From: Eledone cirrhosa
Lineage: Eukaryota
NCBI GenBank assembly: GCA_964016885.1
Contig: OZ024755.1
Location: forward strand, 13,764,001-13,828,000
DNA: 64,000 nt
Reading direction: 5' to 3'
Below the pieces are notes generated by a model that was not told where the DNA came from, made no database searches, and saw only the letters and a list, made by a program, of their open reading frames with translations. Positions 55,548 to 64,000 of this stretch are shown in pieces; the first letter of the stretch is position 1, and every line of letters begins with the position of its first letter. Position numbers and translations under genes: made by a program.

Positions 55548-55730
55548 TAATGGTTTCTAATTTAGGCACAAGGCCAGCAATTTGAAGACGAGGTAATTCG
55601 ATTGAATTAATCCCAATAATTGATTACTACATTATTACATCGATCCCTGGGAGTATGAAAGGCAAAACTGACGACGATGGAGTTTGAACTCAGAACATAA
55701 ATGGCCATAACGTGTTATAAGGAATTGTAT
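55548..55730 (-). mobile_element. SINE family A (degenerate)
   Basis: GGTTTCTAATTTAGGCACAAGGCCAGCAAT..ATGAAAGGCAAA..TTTGAACTCAGAAC. Confidence 0.6.
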
Positions 55731-55825
55731 CAGTCCTAAACACATCTATCTCATTAGATGCCAGGAAATTTCATCTCAATTGCCATAGTGTGTTGATTGC
55801 TTTTTTCTGTCGTTTATACCCATAC

Positions 55826-55878
<53 letters not shown>

Positions 55879-56439
55879 CGCTATCACACACACACACGTA
55901 TATATATATATATATAAATACACGCTTACATGTTTATACGCCTGTAGGCATTCATATATTAATGCATCAACACTTGTTGCCACAATCTTGTATACGAATT
56001 TCGCGTGCGTGTGTGTTAATGTTTAATTCCGTTCACTTCCGCAGGTATAAATATATATATATATATAATACATACATATGTGAATATGTGTGTTATAAAA
56101 TAGCTCATTCAGGTAAGCTGTAGCCATAATAGATGTTTTATAGAAGCGATTAATGTCACATCTGCGAGAATATTCGACTTTCTCTTGGCAAGAAACTGAA
56201 AAGGAATATGAACATCGATTGAATATTGCAATGAACGCAGATGTGAATGTAAAAGGAGATTGTCTATTGTTATGGTAAATAGTTGAGTCAGCGTTTGAAC
56301 GGTTTAGAACTCAACCATTATTAAATGATTTTATTCAATACCGCTCACCACTATATTTAGACGAAATGACTTCATTAGAATTATTATTACTGTTGTTATT
56401 ATTATTATTATTATTATTGTTATTATTATTATTGACGTT

Positions 56440-56940
56440 GTTGTAGTTCCTTTTTTTGTTGTTTGTGGTTTTAGCTGTTGCTGTTTGTAGTTGTTATTGT
56501 TGCTGTTTGTGATTATTGTGCTTTGTGGTCGTTGTTGTTGTTGTTACTGTTGCGTGTAGCTGATGTTATGGTTTTTGTTGTTTGTGGCTGATGTTGTGGT
56601 TCTTGTTATAATTGTTGTTGTTTGTGGCTGATGTTCTTGTTGTTGTTATAATTGTTGTTGTTTGTGGCTGATGTTGTTGTTGTTGTTATAATTGTTGTTG
56701 TTAGTAGCTGATGTTGTGGTTTTTGTTATTGCTGTTGTTGTTTGTGGCTGATGTTGTGGTTGTTGTTGTTATTGCTGTTGTTTGTGGCTGATGTTGTGCT
56801 TTCTGTTATTGTTGTTGTTTGTTGTGGCCTATGTGGTTCTTGCTGTTGTTGTTGTTGTTGTTGTTGTTTGTGGCTGATGTTGTGGTTATTATCGTTGTTG
56901 TTTGTGGCTGTGGTTGTGACTGTTGTTGTTGTTGTTTAGT
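56440..56940. repeat. (GTT)n-derived minisatellite with ~39-bp higher-order unit
   Basis: Recurrent TTGTTGTTTGTGGCTGATGTTG. Confidence 0.85.
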
Positions 56941-57140
56941 ATTTTTATTTCTATTGCGTGCTTTCATTACATTACCGAGGTCATATTTTTGTGCTTTCAA
57001 GTATATGCATTGCTATGTTTTGGTGATGTTTATTTTATTGTTTTTATAGTACTTTGTATCATATTCGTGTAGTACCCAGTATGGTGTGTATATATGTGTA
57101 GGTTCTGGTGTACTTTATATATATGTGTAGTACCATATAT

Positions 57141-57181
<41 letters not shown>

Positions 57182-57268
57182 AGTACCATATATATTGTAT
57201 ATATATATGTGTGTAGGTTCTTGTGTGCTTTACATATATGTATGTAGTACCAAGTATGTTATATATAC

Positions 57269-57615
57269 ACTTCACCTGACATCTGGCCTCCCAGCTCGCC
57301 TGATTCCAACCCCTCGACTTCTTTGTGTGGAGCGCAGTGGAACGAGACACCAACAGATCTAGCTGCAATACGAAAGACGATCTGAAGGCCAGGATTACAA
57401 GTGCCTTTAGGGGCCTAAGTCGAAGGCCTGTAGCCGGTTCCGAGGCCGCCTTGAGGCCGTCATCAAAGCCAATGGCGGGTTTATCGAGTGAGATCGAAAG
57501 AACAAGTCATGAAGGCAAACTGACCCAAGTTTGATAAATAAATCTTAAAAAATAAAACTACTGTGTTATTTATTCCTAGACAGTAATCTTGCTAACAAAT
57601 ATCGTCCGCACCCTG
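57269..57615 (+). mobile_element. Tc1/mariner-superfamily transposon 3' fragment (third catalytic residue D) with right TIR
   Basis: Across two frameshifts: IWPPSSPDSNP/LDFFVWSAVE..DDLKARI../KACSRFRGRLEAVIKANGGFIE*; terminus ..GTCCGCACCCTG (CAGGGTG TIR). Confidence 0.85.
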
Positions 57616-58306
57616 TGTATATATATATATGTACAAGTCCTGGTGTACTTTACATATATGTGTGTAGTACCCAGTGTGTATGTTGTGTATATATGTGTGT
57701 AGGTTCTGGTGTGCTTTATATATGTGTATATATGTAAACAGCCATTTTCTGTTAGTTGTATTTATATATAAGTGTAAGTCCTGTTGTACTTTAGATATGT
57801 CTATACAATGCCTAGCTGAACTATATTCTGTCTGTTGTGCATATATATATATGTAAGTTGTGGTGTACTTTACATATGTGTATAGTACATAGTAGTGTCA
57901 TTTTCTGTTTGTTGTGCATATATACCGAACGAACTACACCACATCTTTATCAACTGTATATGCAAAATGCAACTATACTATACAATGCGCACCAACAGAA
58001 GTCGAACTCAGGACAATAGGAACGTGAACCAAACAAACTAACCGATAAGACATCCGCTTTGTCCAATATTAATTAGCCTAAGACGCTCGTTAAATGAAGC
58101 CTTGTTTAACAAACCATCTGTTCCTGATACACAGTGTTCTATGATGGAATCCTCTCGGTGTATTATACATCGTTATATTCCTAGAAGCTCGAATCAGCAG
58201 TTTTTCCCTTCTTTCATCTGAAATAACATCGGAGGATAAGTGTGTTCTCCACTGGGAGACTGCGTATAAAATATATACATTGTAGCATGCATGATAATGA
58301 ATATCT

Positions 58307-58387
<81 letters not shown>

Positions 58388-58633
58388 GTATATATGTAAA
58401 TATGTATGTATGTGTATATATATATATAATATGTGTATGTGTGTGCGTACATGCACATAATATCAGGGAGAGAATGGGTGATGGGTATAGAAACGAAGAA
58501 AATGTGTACCCATATGTAAGTTTATATATATTCACACACAGACACACACGCACATATATTTATAAATATATACCTACATATACACCCATATATAGATATG
58601 ACTGATATTTTCATATACATATATTTGTGTATC

Positions 58634-58691
<58 letters not shown>

Positions 58692-58705
58692 CATATACAC
58701 ACACA

Positions 58706-58812
<107 letters not shown>

Positions 58813-58924
58813 GCACATATACACATATATTGGCAGCAGCACTATATACGCAGATACTATATACTTTCATATATATATAATAAAATGTTGTAGTTTGCTT
58901 ATATATATATGATGCATACAGAGG

Positions 58925-59620
58925 TAGATATTGTCTTATACAAGTAGAGAAGAATTATATAAAATGAACCACGAAAGACACAAATGACATAAAAAAATAT
59001 TTTTGAAAAAAAAAAAATCAACCACAACAGAGAACAATGATTAGCATCATAACATATGAAAAACATTATGTTCTTTTCCTCGTATATTAGGAAACAGTGA
59101 AAAACAACGTAAAGAAGTTAAGTAGACTTTGAAAAAACATGTACCGTTAGAGAAAGGTAAGAAAAAAATGAAATAAACTAGAAGAGAAATTCCGAAAGAT
59201 ATTAAAAAAGATAATTCGGAAGTATGATCTTTTTATAACGAGAAACCAATATAAGTAGACCAGATGTAACTCAATATTTAACAAAAGAAACAATGGCTAA
59301 AAAGTTCAGAAGTAAAGGCATTAACAGAAGATATCAGTGACTGACTACGAAGAAGTACAAGACTAATGTATGGAGGCATAAAGTAAATTGTTATGTCAGA
59401 ATGTGCAGTAAATATCAAAAGACAATATATCATTTCATCTATGTATGGCTGTTTGTCTAGCCCCTGCAAAGCTGGAATATATTTGGAATATATTCAGAGG
59501 CAAGAGCGAGAATATGACTGGGCAATATCCCAACATTTCGAAACCAGGACAGAAAAATCAATGGGAAAAAGCACATTACAAAATCTGTGTATAGAAATGG
59601 TATGGCTATAAAACTTTGGG
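58925..59620 (+). mobile_element. Decayed R4/Dong-like (restriction-like endonuclease type) LINE fragment
   Basis: QWLKSSEVKALTED (WLxxxxLKxETEG motif), RMCSKYQKTIYHFIY-GC (CCHC knuckle remnant), KWYGYK, in the expected order. Confidence 0.6.
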
Positions 59621-60904
59621 AGATACCTGCTTTGAATGATAAATAGACAAAAGTTAACCTTCCTCACCTTTGCACTTTGCTAAATATATCAACCCCTTCT
59701 GATCAAAATCAATACGAAATATTGAAATTGATATGTGGAATTTGTGAAAACAATACAGAAATTAATAGCGTGCATTTCTTATGATAAAAACGAACTCGTA
59801 TCACTAAATGGCGTGTATTTAAAAGTTATGTTCAGCTGAGGTATGTGCATGTGTGTGTGTATGTGTGTGTATTTGTGTGTATTTGTGTGTATGTGTGTGT
59901 GTTTGCTTGTGAATCTGTATGTGTGTGGTACGTGAATATGTGTATCTGAATCGGTACGTGTGTATGTGTGAGTGTGTGTGTATTGGACTTTCGTCGATAC
60001 TGAACGATAAGTGTTCCAGTGTTTCGAACAACGGAAGACGCAATGCGTGAAATAAAACTGCAAGTGGGTGAGCATTCCACAGACACATGTACTCTTAACG
60101 CTGTTCTCGAGGCGATTCAGCGTGTCGCAGAAGAGAAATCATTCCCGCAGAAAGAGAGCAAACCACATTTTTGTGGAATGTTCAGCTACTTATAAATTAA
60201 TTTCACGAGCAAGGATTTTTGAAATGGATGCAAGTGTCTTCTATTCCACATAAAAGTATCTAGAAATGTTTTATTCTACCAGGACCATTTCATTATTTTA
60301 ATGATTTTACTCACTTGTTAAGACCACATTTGTGTATTTCGTTGACTTCAAACGGTATGTATAGTCTATTATATAGACCTGGAGTGTACATTCGTAGGAA
60401 ACAAGGAAAATATTGCTTACTCAATAAAAAAAACTAACAAATAATATTTTATATTTAATTACGAAACCTGTTTTCTTTTTCAATTTCGGAGTTTTGTCGA
60501 CTTCTAGACTTTTTATCATAGTACTTGAATAATGACATTAATAAATTGGAATAATGTAATAAATTAATAATGGTATAACTGTTTTGATAATTGTAAAATC
60601 TGTTAAAGTTTGTTTTGAAATAGATTGTGTTACTATTTCAGACTACTATTTCCAAAATATACAACACTCCATTGCTTACCCTGGCTGTTTTTCACGACAT
60701 GCCATTACATACTACAGTTAACACGTCCCGAACATTACAGCTATTGATAATGGTTTCAGATTTAGGCAAATAAATTATAAGTTACCACCATAGATAGATG
60801 GTATCTATTTATATATGAACCCCACCACCAAAAAATAAACCAAAAATATAGTAGCTACTTACGTGTCAATTTTATGGGAGATCTTTCATTTTAGTACATA
60901 ATAA

Positions 60905-61080
60905 TAGTTTAGGCCAAGAATTTTTGGGGAAGGTAAAGTCGATTAAATCTTCCTCATTGCGTTACTGGTACTTTATTTTATCGATCCCCGTAAGGATGAA
61001 AGCCGAAGCTAATCTAGGCGGGATTTGAAATCAGAACGTACAGAGACGTAACTACATGCCACAGAGCCTTTTGTGCGGTG
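60905..61080 (-). mobile_element. SINE family A (long form)
   Basis: ACTGGTACTTTATTTTATCGATCCCCGTAAGGATGAAAG..GGGATTTGAA. Confidence 0.7.
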
Positions 61081-61633
61081 CTCTACCAATACTCCCGGTC
61101 TATGGTCCTATTGTATAGCTATAGGTAATACACTGCTTTACTCGACAAATTTGTTCAATATCATCATTGTTTTAATGATTATGTTAATTACTCTGTTATA
61201 GTTTGGTAAAGAGCCTATATGTTACTAGAGACTTTGTGGAAGCCGCTTTTAAACTGTAGATATTGTTGTAAATATATTTTCGTTCATTTTCTTTTTTTTT
61301 TGCTTGTTTACTCAGTAGTTATCTTCATTTTAAAATGTTTTGACTCTATGACACGTAGCCATTTTGAACGTATGTAAATAAGAAAAAAATTCTATGTTCA
61401 AAAATGTCTTTTTCTTCCAAAACAGAGGTAAACTAGACACAAAAAAACAAAAACAAACGTCTCATTTCAAGATACACCACATAAAAAGAAACATCGAATT
61501 GTTAGAAAAAATATCAACAAGTAATAAGTCAAAATGATTGTGACGCGTAAACACGTCTTGCGCTAGGACAAGATACAACACTACTACTACTACTACAACA
61601 ACTGCTACTACTACTACTACTACTACTACTACA

Positions 61634-61795
61634 ATAATGGTTTCTGATTTAGGCACTAGGCCGACAAATACAGGGGAGGGGTAAGTCGATTAAATCGACC
61701 CAGTGCATTACTGGTTCTTTATTTTATCGACTCCGTAAGGATGAAAGGAAAAGCTAACTTCGGCGGGATTTGAACTCAAAACGTAGAGAGTCGGA
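61634..61795 (-). mobile_element. SINE family A (long form)
   Basis: Same core; preceded by a (CTA)n run. Confidence 0.7.
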
Positions 61796-61924
61796 AATAA
61801 AGAAATAATAACATTTGTCAAGAGAAGATACATCAGATGTAGACTATGTAGCCAGTAGAATGAGTCGATTGACCACATTATTTCTGGTTGCCATAATTTT
61901 ACCAAATACGAGTATATTCAGAGA

Positions 61925-62100
61925 TCTTTTCTACCTGGGGTGACTTTCTGATCTCCGAGTCACGCACTCTATCGAGTAACATTACTCCAAAGACCCTTGG
62001 AAGGAATCTCGTTTCGGCCGCTTGTATTGGCGATCGTATTCTTTCGGACATTACCCAAGATTCATGACAATAGGTAAGGATTGACACGAATACCGAAGTG
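61925..62100 (-). mobile_element. RTE-clade LINE RT C-terminal fragment
   Basis: ILTYCHESWVMSERIRSPIQAAETRFLPRVFGVMLLDRVRDSEIRKSPQVE matches the LTYGxExW..QAAEMxFLRR..DRVRxxxIR pattern. Confidence 0.8.
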
Positions 62101-64000
62101 AAGAGTGTGAGAAAATAAAAAAAAAATGCACAAGAATAATTGACACTTAACTCTATAACATTGATTCACAATTCGGATTCTACACATTTTCAATCCATTA
62201 ATATTGTTGTGGGACGGCTACGACGATGATTGGTCCAGTTGTGAAGTTAATGTACAAGTGGTTGAGCACTCCACAGACACGTATATCCTCAACGTAATTC
62301 TCTTTTGTCTTACTATTGCTGCTGATACTATTTCACGTTCACCATTCGTGGGAGAAGGATTAACGGCAAGTAAAGTATTTTACTCAAGAATGAAATACGC
62401 CTCCATCTCTAGGAATTGAACCGATGACTTTATGCAACCAACACTCCACCTTCTCAACCACGTTTCTTCACTAGACGCTTTTAATCAACTCTCTTATTAT
62501 TAGTAAAATAATTACTGATAATAATACTTGCAATGAGACTGAGTGGAAAGAAAATACCACCTCCACCACAGCCTAACCACAATCACCACCGCTACCATCA
62601 CCACCACCTCAACTACTTTACAGTTTGATTGACAGATAGGTTTTATAAGTAAATATTTGACGTCTATAAAATGACAAAATTTCTTTTCAATAGAAAATGT
62701 CGAATTGAGACATTACTAAATATTGGTTCTGACTGTCTCCATTATTGTATTTCTAAATAATTGTATAATAATTACAGTAAACTATATTGCCATTGTCTAG
62801 TGTCATGTTGATAGACGTAGAAACGATGAGTGGTTAAGAAGTTAGCAGTAAAATAAGGAGGTTCCGCATAAAATGTTCAATTTAGACATATCTAAATATT
62901 GGCACAAACGGTTTACATTATTGTGTATCTAAACTAATGATTTCTAATTTAGGCACAGGAACAGCAATTTGTGTGTGTGTGTGTGTGTGAAGAGTGGGTT
63001 CAGTTACACCTATCCCTGCACTTCGCTACAAAGTTAGCAATGCTCAGTCCCGCAAGAGTAAGCCGCCGAGTTGACAGAACAACTGTTAAAGTCATCGTTG
63101 AAAGCGACATGAGTTCATTTACCTTTCAATATTATGTTAGATTGTTATTGTATGATAGTTGTTGGTTATTTGTCTGGCTGTTTGTTTGGCCATGACTACT
63201 TTAAGCGTGGAAGAGAGTGAGGGCGGTATTATCAAGGACCTCGAGGATTGAAACCAATATTTACAACAGAAGCAATTTCGCCAAAGATACCCAAGAGTCA
63301 GGTGGTGGTGATAGTGGTAGAGCAGGTGTTAAAACGGGTGACTTGTGGTGGTGGGCGTTGTCGTTGTCGGCGGAGTTGTTTTTCAAATGACAGTAGCAAT
63401 AAAGTTAGTAAATAATAGAACAGTTATCAGCAACAAAAGAACGAGTAGCTTTCTAAACTTTGTGTTGTTGGGAAAAGTTTTGCTCTTTGTCGCCTTGTTA
63501 ATGCCATTGTTTTACTTTATATATATATCTATATATCTATATCTATATCTATCTATCTCTCTCTCTATATATATATATACATATGCAGAGAGAGAGAGAG
63601 AGAGAGAGAGATATAGAGAGAGAGGATGTCTGTGTGTATGTACATGTGTTTGTAAGTTTGAAAGGAAATTTACCTACATGTAATATATATATATATATAT
63701 ATATATATGAGTGTGTGTGTGTGTTTGTGTGTGCGTGTGTGTAACAATGTTACTGTGTCTCTCGTTATTTACAAATATACCCATTGTGAAGATTTTCAAT
63801 TCTGTGTATTTTATATCAGTTTAGTTAGGTTTTTCAGTTGAGAGGAAACTAGCAAAAAGGTCAGGTTTATTTGAAAGCCACTCGAATTATTAGTAGTAGC
63901 AATGTCAGTTGAGTGGATACTGGCCAATTGGCTACCACGTTAGCATTATACTGGCCTCAGGAGATAGATTGGAGACCCTACGTGGTCAATTTCACTGAAC

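Noticed and set aside
63120-63440. GC-richer unique stretch as a host exon (also 38010-38400)
   Set aside because: No convincing protein similarity; could be UTR or regulatory DNA but cannot be supported from sequence alone.

Overview
AT-rich, microsatellite-saturated eukaryotic non-coding DNA. The SINE repertoire and (TA)n load suggest a coleoid cephalopod, most likely Octopus (inference). I can support no host protein-coding exon; nearly all ORFs in the track are translations of (TA)n/(CA)n/(GA)n/(CAT)n. The real content is a mobilome: a near full-length decayed Penelope-like element (PLE; RT plus GIY-YIG, 23.3-26.3 kb, minus), a 5'-truncated PLE with an open 302-codon thumb/GIY-YIG frame (39.85-41.3 kb), a third PLE remnant (15.5-16.1 kb), Tx1-, RTE- and R4/Dong-like LINE fragments, a Tc1/mariner 3' end, a Helitron, piggyBac- and TcMar-type MITEs, and dozens of tRNA-derived SINEs from three families. 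The most striking signal is a dense set of minimal type I hammerhead-ribozyme motifs (seven read by eye from stem I to stem I, three with fully canonical cores) and several families of 120-420 bp fold-back mini-elements inside (TA)n tracts. These consist of an inverted arm, a hammerhead or half-hammerhead and a fixed 3' tail; in one family copy-specific sequence is mirrored in both arms. They look like (TA)n-targeted, PLE-derived non-autonomous hairpin elements. All RNA structures were read manually and need covariance-model and biochemical confirmation.
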